A stretch of DNA of 64,000 nt, from the IMG/VR virus record IMGVR_UViG_3300039065_000016, one strand, 5' to 3'. The stretch comes from a virus. The translations under genes and the position numbers were made by a program. The notes below the pieces were generated by a model that saw nothing but the letters and a program-made list of their open reading frames with translations, was not told the origin of the DNA and made no database searches. Below are positions 33,960-41,562 of this stretch, piece after piece. Position 1 is the first letter of the stretch. Every line of letters starts with the position of its first letter.

Positions 33960-34184
33960 ATGTACAGAACTCCCTCGTCCAAGTTCACGTTCATCTGCAA
34001 CGGCCTCGCCCAGAACACAGAGGTAACGATCCTGCTCCGGACGCAGAAGCCAGAAGATGTATGGGTGGTGCACGAAGCTACATCTGCTGACCTGATTCGC
34101 ATCCATGAACGCAGCAATCCGCGCCGTCGCCGTACCATCAGCATCCTCGACGTGGACGCCGTGTCCATCCTTCACAAACGTTAA
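33960..34184 (+). CDS. hypothetical early protein (74 aa)
   Basis: Track ORF. AAAGGAA SD. Confidence 0.55.
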   Translation: MYRTPSSKFTFICNGLAQNTEVTILLRTQKPEDVWVVHEATSADLIRIHERSNPRRRRTISILDVDAVSILHKR

Positions 34185-34190
34185 TCCATC

Positions 34191-34219
34191 GGCGCGGCTG
34201 GGTTGGTTCCGGTCGCGCC
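34191..34219 (+). promoter_or_regulatory. intergenic stem-loop, homologue of 30536-30557
   Basis: ggcgcggctgg-gttggtt-ccggtcgcgcc (11-bp stem including G-U pairs), followed by tcttcaaACAGGAG. Confidence 0.5.
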
Positions 34220-34239
34220 TCTTCAAACAGGAGTGTGTC

Positions 34240-34461
34240 ATGGCCAAAGTTGTGAGAGTTGATGAGCTGAAAACTGGCGACGAAATTCTGATTAAGCTCA
34301 GAGCAGATGCCGCAGCAAGGAACAAGGCTATTGTACTTTCTGTCGAATGCTGGCGCGACGAAATCACCCTGGAGCTCACCTGCCCGGCCGGCGACTACTG
34401 GGAAGACTGGCGCGGTAAATATCGCGCATATGACAAAGTCGTTCTGTTGAAGCGCGACTAA
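34240..34461 (+). CDS. hypothetical early protein (73 aa)
   Basis: Inner ATG after CAGGAG in track ORF 34105. Confidence 0.55.
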   Translation: MAKVVRVDELKTGDEILIKLRADAAARNKAIVLSVECWRDEITLELTCPAGDYWEDWRGKYRAYDKVVLLKRD

Positions 34462-34511
34462 CAGCAACCAGCCTCTGCGACTCGGCAGGGCTTTCTCACT
34501 GGAGACCATTG

Positions 34512-34829
34512 ATGTCTGACAAAGAACAAACAGCAAATGCTCATTACTGGGTGACGGTCAGTCCGACAGATCTGTCCAGCGCGTCGGCCGCGCAGCGACT
34601 CTGCGAAACGATCCAACTGAACATGACGCGAGGCGTCGCAGCCTACATCAAGTTCTACGGCTCGAAAGGCGAAGCTCTGGTGACGCGAGTCATTCCGAAC
34701 CAGTGCGAACTCTTCGTGAATGACGAGGCAGGAACGAATCGTCGCCGAACTGCGATTATGATCGAGTACATACGCTTCAAAATTCCGGCCGGAATGTCCC
34801 TGGTCGATCACATCAAGCAACCTTACTGA
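34512..34829 (+). CDS. hypothetical early protein (105 aa)
   Basis: ATG after GGAG. The track start 34509 is TTG. Confidence 0.6.
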   Translation: MSDKEQTANAHYWVTVSPTDLSSASAAQRLCETIQLNMTRGVAAYIKFYGSKGEALVTRVIPNQCELFVNDEAGTNRRRTAIMIEYIRFKIPAGMSLVDHIKQPY

Positions 34830-34838
34830 GGGCGCATC

Positions 34839-35444
34839 ATGCTATACATATGGGAAGATCAAGATATCCATCACGGCACTGAAACTGTCGCATTCGTCGG
34901 CGAGGCCAGGTCCAACTATTTGATCATCGGATTCAAACTCGGCGATCTGTTCGCTGTTGCCGAAGAGGCCACTGGCCAGATCGTGGTAAGCCCGCTGTCT
35001 CGGCAAGGGGCGGCGGAGTGGCTGAACCTCAACGGCCACATGCCTGCCGAGATCATCAGCCACGGCCCTGGTAATCACAAGAATCCGTATGTCTGGGCAG
35101 ACTCCATCGCTTTGAAAACGCTGCCGAACTATCCGAACATGCGCTGCGTCACCACTCCATTCATGGGCGTCGATCCCGCAGAACCAGGCAACGACACGAC
35201 GGTTTACCACGAACCGAAAGCGCCGAGCCTTCCCGATCTTCCAGAAGGGCCGATGTCTCCGCCGGCGCCTCCAGTACCTCCAGTTCCGAAAGCGCCAAAA
35301 GCTCCGCCACCTCCGCAGGTAAGCAGGCGGCCTGAACCGCTGGGTCTTCGGTCCGGAGCCATACCGTCAAGTTCGTCACCCGCGTCGGACAACGACAAGC
35401 CCGGCGACCTACCAATCGAGCCGATCACGGTCCCGACTTTCTGA
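34839..35444 (+). CDS. hypothetical protein (201 aa) with Pro-rich C-terminal half
   Basis: Track ORF. PPAPPVPPVPKAPKAPPPPQ. Followed by a strong terminator. Confidence 0.65.
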   Translation: MLYIWEDQDIHHGTETVAFVGEARSNYLIIGFKLGDLFAVAEEATGQIVVSPLSRQGAAEWLNLNGHMPAEIISHGPGNHKNPYVWADSIALKTLPNYPNMRCVTTPFMGVDPAEPGNDTTVYHEPKAPSLPDLPEGPMSPPAPPVPPVPKAPKAPPPPQVSRRPEPLGLRSGAIPSSSSPASDNDKPGDLPIEPITVPTF

Positions 35445-35463
35445 CCGTCGCACCATCGTCCAG

Positions 35464-35496
35464 AAAACACCGCAGCCTGTCCTGCGGTGTTTTCAC
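35464..35496 (+). terminator. intrinsic terminator
   Basis: aaaacaccgcag-cctgtc-ctgcggtgtttt (12-bp stem including its own U-run). Confidence 0.75.
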
Positions 35497-35505
35497 ATCC
35501 GACAA

Positions 35506-35516
35506 CCGTTCGTCGG
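35506..35516 (+). promoter_or_regulatory. CCGTTCGTCGG box
   Basis: Exact 11-mer, and the 15-mer ACAACCGTTCGTCGG is shared with 29622-29636. Followed after 3 nt by CATCAT. Lies 28 nt upstream of the -35 at 35545. Confidence 0.6.
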
Positions 35517-35544
35517 GTTCATCATCATTCTGCTAAAATAAATG

Positions 35545-35573
35545 TAGACACGCAGCATCGATCTAGGCATAAT
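35545..35573 (+). promoter_or_regulatory. early/middle promoter
   Basis: TAGACA-17 nt-CATAAT. The leader ends with CCAAAACAGAGGATCGCAGAAATG, almost identical to the 30045-30070 leader. Confidence 0.5.
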
Positions 35574-35636
35574 CTCTTTCAACGGGGCGACAAACCGAAG
35601 CCCGAAAGAAATCTTCCAAAACAGAGGATCGCAGAA

Positions 35637-36251
35637 ATGACCAACTCCATCAAAACCTTCGGCGACATCCAGAACGCAGAAATGAAAGAACTGGTCGCCT
35701 TCTACAACTCTCACAACGCCGATGCGACTGTAAAGCGCTTCTCCGACCGCAAGACCGCCGAGCGTCGCTGCCTCGCCATCCTGAACGCTCTGCCGGCCGA
35801 GGAAGAAGCCTTCCAGGAAGAGGAAGCCCCGGCCAAGGTTTACAAAACCCGCACTTCCAAGAAGAAGGAAGAAGAGAAGGCCGAGGAAGAGAGCCTGAAG
35901 CCGGAAGAGGAAATCACCGAAGAGGAAGCGCTGGAAGAAATCAGGAAGATGCGCGAAGAGGCGAAGAACGCTCCAGAGAAGGCCAAAGAGGCCAAAGACC
36001 TGTCGGCAGCCATCGCCAACTCCTGGAAAGACCCGGAAGTCTCCAGAAAGCGCACTCAGCGTCATGGAGTTGCCGTTACCGTCAAAGGCAAGCGCGGTGA
36101 GTTCCGGTCCACCAACGCAGCATTCATCGAGTTCGGCCTGCCCTCTTCGAAGCACATCCGCTTCCGCATGCAGCTGAAGGAAGCCGGCAAGTTGACTTTC
36201 GAGCACGAAGGCGTCAAATACAACTTCGAAATCATCGAAGCTGGAGAATAA
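35637..36251 (+). CDS. hypothetical protein (204 aa) with central E/K-rich helix
   Basis: ATG at the end of the conserved leader. Track ORF 35487 trimmed. Followed by a terminator. Confidence 0.65.
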   Translation: MTNSIKTFGDIQNAEMKELVAFYNSHNADATVKRFSDRKTAERRCLAILNALPAEEEAFQEEEAPAKVYKTRTSKKKEEEKAEEESLKPEEEITEEEALEEIRKMREEAKNAPEKAKEAKDLSAAIANSWKDPEVSRKRTQRHGVAVTVKGKRGEFRSTNAAFIEFGLPSSKHIRFRMQLKEAGKLTFEHEGVKYNFEIIEAGE

Positions 36252-36264
36252 GAAACCCAAAAAG

Positions 36265-36308
36265 AAAGCCCCGGATTCTGAACTAGAGTCCGGGGCTTTG
36301 TCGTTTCT
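36265..36308 (+). terminator. intrinsic terminator
   Basis: aaagccccgga-13 nt loop-tccggggcttt followed by gtcgtttct. Confidence 0.7.
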
Positions 36309-36413
36309 GATTGTTATTGGTCGGCTTCCTAGAACAGCCCTAGAATCGTTTTTCGTCCCAACCCGCTACCGTCGCCTTAGTTCGGTCCGATTCGGGCCTA
36401 GAACGATGTTATT

Positions 36414-36992
36414 TTATGTCTGAATGGGGTTGGCGCGGTCTTCCTCGGTCGGCTCCGGCGTCGGGGACGGGAAATCGCCCTCTTCGCCGTCCTGCACATA
36501 GCCATTGGCTTCGGCCGCAGCAGCGACGGTGGCGGTCTGAGCCTCGGCTTCTGATGCGTAGAAGTCGGCCAATCCGCGACCTACCCTGGTCTTACCAGAC
36601 TCGTCAACGAACGTGATTTCGGCCAGAACGTTCAATTCCTTGATGGCCGACAGACGGCTGGAGTCCTTGACGGTGGGATCACGAACCATCTGGAGAAGTT
36701 CGTGAAGCGCCGTCTTTGGATTCCATAGATCGGACGTTCTGGTCGCATTCAGCTTGGCTTTGAATTGCTTGCGATAGTACGGGTTGGACTCCATCGCGAA
36801 GATGCGGGCCTGGGCCGGGCCATCCATGTGCTCTTCGCCCCAGATCGCTCTGAAGACCCGCCAGGAGCTATAGCCTTGAACGCGCAGGTCGATGTACAGA
36901 TCGAAACGCTTCTGGTTGATCGCCGCGAACTGCGGATCAGCGAATTCCTGTGGCGTGACTAAATCGTCGGGGCTGTAATATTTGGCGGTCAT
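36414..36992 (-). CDS. terS: putative terminase small subunit
   Basis: 192 aa. N-terminal FDLYIDLRVQGYSSWRVFRAIWG...ARIFAMESNPYYRKQF looks like the HTH region of Terminase_2-type small subunits. DSSRLSAIKELNVLAEI resembles their oligomerisation helix. Acidic tail. Call rests on pattern recognition only. Confidence 0.45.
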   Translation of the reverse strand: MTAKYYSPDDLVTPQEFADPQFAAINQKRFDLYIDLRVQGYSSWRVFRAIWGEEHMDGPAQARIFAMESNPYYRKQFKAKLNATRTSDLWNPKTALHELLQMVRDPTVKDSSRLSAIKELNVLAEITFVDESGKTRVGRGLADFYASEAEAQTATVAAAAEANGYVQDGEEGDFPSPTPEPTEEDRANPIQT

Positions 36993-37170
36993 TTGTTGCT
37001 GCGTCCCTGGAGTTCGATTCTTGGACCGTCGCGGTGGCTGGGTAGGTGGCTGGGACCTGGTGCTTGCCGCGACACTGAGTATGGCGCGATTGTACTATGG
37101 GGCCAGGGAGCGCGTCTATGGGCTGCTTGTGGGTGGCCTGTAGGTCTGGGTGGGTTTGATGGTGAATGAG

Positions 37171-37200
37171 TGTTAGGTGGTGTTATAGGATGTTATATGG
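37171..37200 (+). repeat. three TGTTA repeats at exact 10-nt phasing
   Basis: tgttaggtgg tgttatagga tgttatatgg. Further TGTTA copies at 37272 and 37284. Confidence 0.9.
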
Positions 37201-37444
37201 GCGGTCTGCTGGCGGGTGAGGGTCGGATTGGTGGGTGGCGGGCGATGGTGGCGGTGAGTGTTTGGATTGAATGTTAAATCGGATGTTAGGAATATGTCCA
37301 GGTGAGCGATTCTGCCCTGTGACCAAATTTCCGGTTCCGCTCGTCGAGTTTTGGCCCCTGCCGCTTAGTCCGCCGTGGTGTTGCCGCTGCCCATGGTTTG
37401 GAAGGACGGAAGTTTCCGGCGACCCTGCCGCGAGTTGAGTGGAA

Positions 37445-37727
37445 TCGGAAACTCGACGGGTAGTGTACCGGCTTAGTGCCGCGAGGCTTTCAAAGACTAA
37501 ACTATTCCAAATTACCAAATTACCATTAATTTTATTAATTTTAAAGATAGGTAACGTCCGTGATAGATTTTTTCTATTAGGATTGTGCAATCGATTTTCG
37601 CTGTAGAATAGTTTTAAACCATGCTCGAAAAACCGGGAATTAGGGAATATGGCCGCAAACCCGCGCGGCAGTAGGCCTCCCATCTTCCCAGTCAGAATAG
37701 CAATCCAGGAATTTGCGGCTATTTCCA
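37445..37727. repeat. AT-rich non-coding module, copy B
   Basis: Colinear with 17777-18081. Block spacings agree within 1-3 nt, apart from a 26-nt palindrome-bearing insertion in copy A. Confidence 0.85.
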
Positions 37728-37904
37728 CACAAAAATCCACCTCAAACCCACAATTTCTCAACATTTCACGCAAAATCCAACCATCATACACTCCAGACCA
37801 ATACCGAAATCTATTAACTTCCCATAATACGCCATCGCCACGCCAACCTAATTCCCACATAGCTTTCAAGCCTCACCCGTTCACAAGCTAAATTAATGTT
37901 CTCC

Positions 37905-37936
37905 GCGACAAAGAAAAGACCGCCCGAAGGCGGCCT
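37905..37936 (-). terminator. intrinsic terminator after the helicase gene
   Basis: - strand reads ccgcc-ttcg-ggcgg followed by tcttttctttg. Lies 26 nt after the stop at 37962. Confidence 0.6.
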
Positions 37937-37961
37937 AATCCACTCCAACTCAATCGACCTA

Positions 37962-39701
37962 TCAGAAATCCTCGCCCAATATCTTGGCTCGCTCTGCCCG
38001 TACTGCTCGAATTTTTGCCATGGCAGCCTCATCGGTCATATCCGGATCGCCCTTTCTCAACAGATACACCAGCGCATCATTGAATGGCGGCAGCGTCGTC
38101 TGCATATTCTTCGACCAGTCAGGCGCGACCTTATCCACAGGCAGGCACCATCCATTCAGGCCGTTCTTATTCGGAATGAATCCCAGCGCTTTCAGGTGTG
38201 GAGTTAAATGGCGAGAAATCGGCTTCTTCCTGGCGAGAATATCGAACCACTTCAGAATGGAAACGGTGTCTGCCCTCCACCCAGGAGTCTTGGAATTCCC
38301 ACCAGGCTTAACCTCTTCGAACTCACAACTGATCAGGACATTGATCAGATACATATCAATCGTATCGTCGCGAACCACGCCGCGCGCATTCTCCATTTCC
38401 GAAATAGAGAAGTTCTGGACTTCGCGGTTTGCTTCCGACACCATATTCAGGTAGCCATCGACGCCGTGCTCTTCGATCCATGCGCGGCATTCAGCCATCG
38501 CTTGCCAGAATTTGCGGCCGAAGTCGGTGAAGTCCACCTTGAACGGTTCATTGCCATCGCCCGGCTTAACCCAGTTCGGCTTTCCATCCTCATCGGGCAG
38601 TTGCGCAACAAACATAGGATAGAAACGTCGGTTACCAGAGTCGTCCCGCTGGAGTCCATCGTAGCCGTTGCCGTCCATGATGGTGATCCATTGTCGCTTG
38701 ATCGTTTCGCCCGGCTCAAACTTCTGGTCGAATGTATCAGAAGACCGCACCAAGAACTCCTTGATGCGTTCCATGTCGCCCTTTTTGAAGCCGGACATTT
38801 CCCCGACGTTCGCAATGACCGAGTTGCCGGTGATGTTGCGCAGGAATGGTGTCTGGTCGTGTCGGCTCAGGTCGAGCTGGACGGGAGCCAGATCGCGACC
38901 GCCCGACAGTTCCTTGCAGATCAGCAGGCCGAAATAGGATTTCCCCGCATCCTGCCCACCAATCAACGCCAGCGAGATCGGCGCCGAGATTCCAGGATAG
39001 TTGATGCGGCAGTACAGGCTCAGCCAGAAATACTTGCTCACCATCCGGTTCAATTCGGTGTCGAATGGCTTAAAAAGATCGATCAGCAACGTGCTAATTC
39101 GCTCTTCGCCGTCCCACTCCGGTATCTTCTTCTCGAACGTCTCTATCAGCGAGTTGCGGCGGTATCGACGCGCCCAAACGCAGCAAGTCTCAATCGTCTT
39201 CTTAATCGAGGGATCGTCCAAGGCCGCAGCCGCGAGGGCGCCCATCAGGTCAATCGGGTCGAGGGTCTTGTTGTTGAACGCCACGCCGCGATGGTCCACC
39301 AGCCGTCCGCGAAACTCGTCGAAGTGCGGATGCGGGACGGTTCCATCACCCTTGCAGAACAAAGTATCGTACACCGCGAGATAGTTGCTGTCGGAAGTCG
39401 AGCTGTATTTAGTGATGAAGTCATCGAACGGCCCTTTCACCACCCGGCTGACCGGAAGATCGAACGCCTGGTCGAGCATCAACAATCGCGCTCGCTTTCT
39501 CAAGTCTGGTTCCGCATACGCCTCGGCGTATCTTGCCGCCTTTTGTGCGCGGTGCGTTTCGTTCCTCGCAATCGCATCATCGGCCGCCTTGCTCGCGGCG
39601 GTCATCAAAGGGTCCATTCCAGCATCTTCTATCTGTGTGAGATCGAACTCACTGGACCCTGATTCGTCATCATCAAAAATATTATCTTCGTCGATAATCA
39701 T
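37962..39701 (-). CDS. VirE/VapE-type primase-associated replicative helicase (P-loop NTPase)
   Basis: 579 aa. Walker A LIGGQDAGKSYF. Overall layout resembles VapE/P4-alpha C-terminal helicases from memory. Adjacent to the primase gene. Confidence 0.6.
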   Translation of the reverse strand: MIIDEDNIFDDDESGSSEFDLTQIEDAGMDPLMTAASKAADDAIARNETHRAQKAARYAEAYAEPDLRKRARLLMLDQAFDLPVSRVVKGPFDDFITKYSSTSDSNYLAVYDTLFCKGDGTVPHPHFDEFRGRLVDHRGVAFNNKTLDPIDLMGALAAAALDDPSIKKTIETCCVWARRYRRNSLIETFEKKIPEWDGEERISTLLIDLFKPFDTELNRMVSKYFWLSLYCRINYPGISAPISLALIGGQDAGKSYFGLLICKELSGGRDLAPVQLDLSRHDQTPFLRNITGNSVIANVGEMSGFKKGDMERIKEFLVRSSDTFDQKFEPGETIKRQWITIMDGNGYDGLQRDDSGNRRFYPMFVAQLPDEDGKPNWVKPGDGNEPFKVDFTDFGRKFWQAMAECRAWIEEHGVDGYLNMVSEANREVQNFSISEMENARGVVRDDTIDMYLINVLISCEFEEVKPGGNSKTPGWRADTVSILKWFDILARKKPISRHLTPHLKALGFIPNKNGLNGWCLPVDKVAPDWSKNMQTTLPPFNDALVYLLRKGDPDMTDEAAMAKIRAVRAERAKILGEDF

Positions 39702-39837
39702 GTTAGGTTTGCCGCCTTCTGCTTTACATGATCGGATTCAACATTGCCTCTACATATTGAGGCGAAAGGGACGGCTATTATCTCCTACCTAAACCGGCAT
39801 AGCTAATAAGTTCCGTCCCCATCCGAAAATTTCTGTA

Positions 39838-39848
39838 CCGTTCGTCGA
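39838..39848 (+). promoter_or_regulatory. CCGTTCGTCGA box (1 mismatch)
   Basis: Intergenic, abutting the stop of 39849..40034. Followed after 1 nt by TAAAAT (39850-39855). Confidence 0.5.
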
Positions 39849-40034
39849 TTAAAATACGTCAAACGCCACGACGAACCAGAACGTCAAAGCAGAAAGGCCG
39901 AAGAAGAAGCACAGAAGCGACGCGAGGAAGTTTGCGACTTGTATTTTCCATCCCTTTAGGCCTTCGAAGAAGATGATAAGGCCGAGGAACAGCAAGCCAA
40001 TGGCTGTGATCAGGATTCCAGGATCGTTTTGCAT
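39849..40034 (-). CDS. small membrane protein (61 aa, 2 TM helices)
   Basis: Track ORF. GAGGAG SD 7 nt upstream. Strongly hydrophobic. Confidence 0.6.
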   Translation of the reverse strand: MQNDPGILITAIGLLFLGLIIFFEGLKGWKIQVANFLASLLCFFFGLSALTFWFVVAFDVF

Positions 40035-40039
40035 ATTGT

Positions 40040-41116
40040 CTACTCCTCACCGATGTGACGGCGGTTGATTCTTTCCAATTGTTCGACGATATAGGGTAGC
40101 ACGACTTCATCCGTGAAGGCCGCCCACGTCCGGCGATGCTCTTTGCGGCAGGTATCGTGGCCGCAACCGAACACATATTCGTGCTCGGCTCCAGGGATCG
40201 GTCCGCGAAAGTAGGCGCCAAATGGATCGCCATTTGTATGCTCGTCTCCCCATGGGCAGCGGATGCGATATTTACCGGACATATTCTGTTGGACTTGGCC
40301 GCCCGCTGCCTCGCCCATTTTGTATTTCGTGCAGATGTGCTCGGCATACTTTAGCCACACCTGGTCATAAACCCAATCGTCGCGGTTTATCTCCACCTTC
40401 TTCATCTGTGGCATGATGATGCGGACGCCGAAGGCCTGGGCGATTTCCTCTGGCGAGTAGCGCTTGGAATAGTCTGCGTGATACAAACGCACGAGTTCGG
40501 GCTTGCCGTTTTCGTCGGCATACTTGAAGTTGCCGTCTTCCCCGCGCTTATTGTTGAAGCCGAATGGCATGCGACCATAACGGCTTACGTCTTTGACGGT
40601 GTTGTCGCCGCCTTTCTTTAGCACCTGGTCCACGAACGAATAGAGCAATGCCTTAAACTGGAGCATGTGGGACATCGGCTCTTTGAAGAAATACCAGAAC
40701 TGGTAGTTGTTCGGCGAAGTCTCCACAATCGCGGTCGGCTCCAGGCGCTCGCGGAACTCGTCGCGGTTGAAGTCGCCCTTGGACCCTTTGCCGGAGCCGA
40801 TGTCATCGACCATTAACGCCAGTCCGTGGCCGAAAGAGGCCTCGCCGCGCCAGTATCGCATCTGGCCAGTCTTCGGGTTGGGCGTCTTGATGGATGACGA
40901 TATACAGGCATAAGCGTTGGATCTGGAATTGATGTACTTGCCTTCCTTCCAGGGCACGGGCCACCAGCCTGCGTTGAGCTTGCGGCCGTTTTCGTCGGTC
41001 TGGACTGTGGCCTCTTCAGCGTAGCCGACCATCACCCGTTCGTCTTCCGGAATCCCTCGGCCGAGTTCTCTCAGGAATTCTTCGGCCTGGGCCAATCTTA
41101 TTTCGTGAGGCTTCAT
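40040..41116 (-). CDS. DNA primase, RepB'/archaeo-eukaryotic-primase-like, with C-terminal Cys/His cluster
   Basis: LALMVDDIG and ETSPNNYQFWYFF resemble the catalytic motifs of RepB'/AEP primases as I remember them. C-terminal CPWGDEH...GCGHDTC. Confidence 0.5.
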   Translation of the reverse strand: MKPHEIRLAQAEEFLRELGRGIPEDERVMVGYAEEATVQTDENGRKLNAGWWPVPWKEGKYINSRSNAYACISSSIKTPNPKTGQMRYWRGEASFGHGLALMVDDIGSGKGSKGDFNRDEFRERLEPTAIVETSPNNYQFWYFFKEPMSHMLQFKALLYSFVDQVLKKGGDNTVKDVSRYGRMPFGFNNKRGEDGNFKYADENGKPELVRLYHADYSKRYSPEEIAQAFGVRIIMPQMKKVEINRDDWVYDQVWLKYAEHICTKYKMGEAAGGQVQQNMSGKYRIRCPWGDEHTNGDPFGAYFRGPIPGAEHEYVFGCGHDTCRKEHRRTWAAFTDEVVLPYIVEQLERINRRHIGEE

Positions 41117-41562
41117 GCGAGCCGCTCCGGGCGCCCTTTGCGTCGAGGCACTTCCACGAATTGTCGCTTGCCGCCGGCCTTACCGGCATAGCTTGTCCTT
41201 CCTTCGTTGATCTGGTCCCAAGCTTCAGTGACCTTGTGCTGCCGCGCCTTTTCTAGCGCCGGGGGAATCTTCGCATCATCGATGCCGCGAACCCACATGA
41301 ACATCAGGAACGTCGCCAGGTCCAGGAGATTGTTCTCATTGCCCTTCAGCGCATGTTCGGCGAATCCATCCAGCAGAACATTTTCGTCGCAATCGATCCA
41401 TCCGCCTCGGCCCTTGTCGCGGGAGCGCTGCAACTTCTGGCGGATCGCCGTTGCGAACATGGACAGAGCATACTCGTCCTGCGCTTCAGGCTTTGCCTTC
41501 CTGAGAACGTCGAGGCTGGTCATGATGACTCCATCTACTGGTGAAGGTTTCTTCGGTTCCAT
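41113..41562 (-). CDS. hypothetical replication-block protein (149 aa)
   Basis: Track ORF with 4-nt and 1-nt overlaps to its neighbours. Confidence 0.6.
   Translation of the reverse strand: MEPKKPSPVDGVIMTSLDVLRKAKPEAQDEYALSMFATAIRQKLQRSRDKGRGGWIDCDENVLLDGFAEHALKGNENNLLDLATFLMFMWVRGIDDAKIPPALEKARQHKVTEAWDQINEGRTSYAGKAGGKRQFVEVPRRKGRPERLA

Larger units (their letters stand above)
36993..37961. other. 969-nt gene-free island (GT-rich arm, GC-rich core, AT-rich module copy B, CA-rich arm, terminator)
   Basis: The only ORF here (37183..37869, TTG start) is judged spurious; see the rejected list. Confidence 0.75.

Noticed and set aside
25859-35573. Regularly recurring ~45-80-nt conserved elements separated by unique sequence could superficially look like a CRISPR-type array.
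   Set aside because: The repeats are promoter/leader cassettes with -35/-10 geometry. The spacers between them are 0.3-4 kb protein-coding operons. No short fixed-length spacers or cas genes are present.
37721-37729. ATTTCCACA matches the DnaA-box consensus TTATCCACA at 7 of 9 positions. AAAATCCA(C/A)C words lie nearby (37732, 37772).
   Set aside because: A single near-match is not evidence for host DnaA use. The AAAATCCA words are better explained as the inverted copies of the TGGATTTT words in the opposite arm.
37183-37869. 228-aa ORF (- strand, TTG start) running through the gene-free island and module copy B.
   Set aside because: The homologous module copy A is interrupted by stop codons in the equivalent frame. 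Differences between the copies are not concentrated at third codon positions. There is no SD, a non-ATG start and an odd composition. I treat it as non-coding, although an open frame through an AT-rich stretch is mildly surprising.
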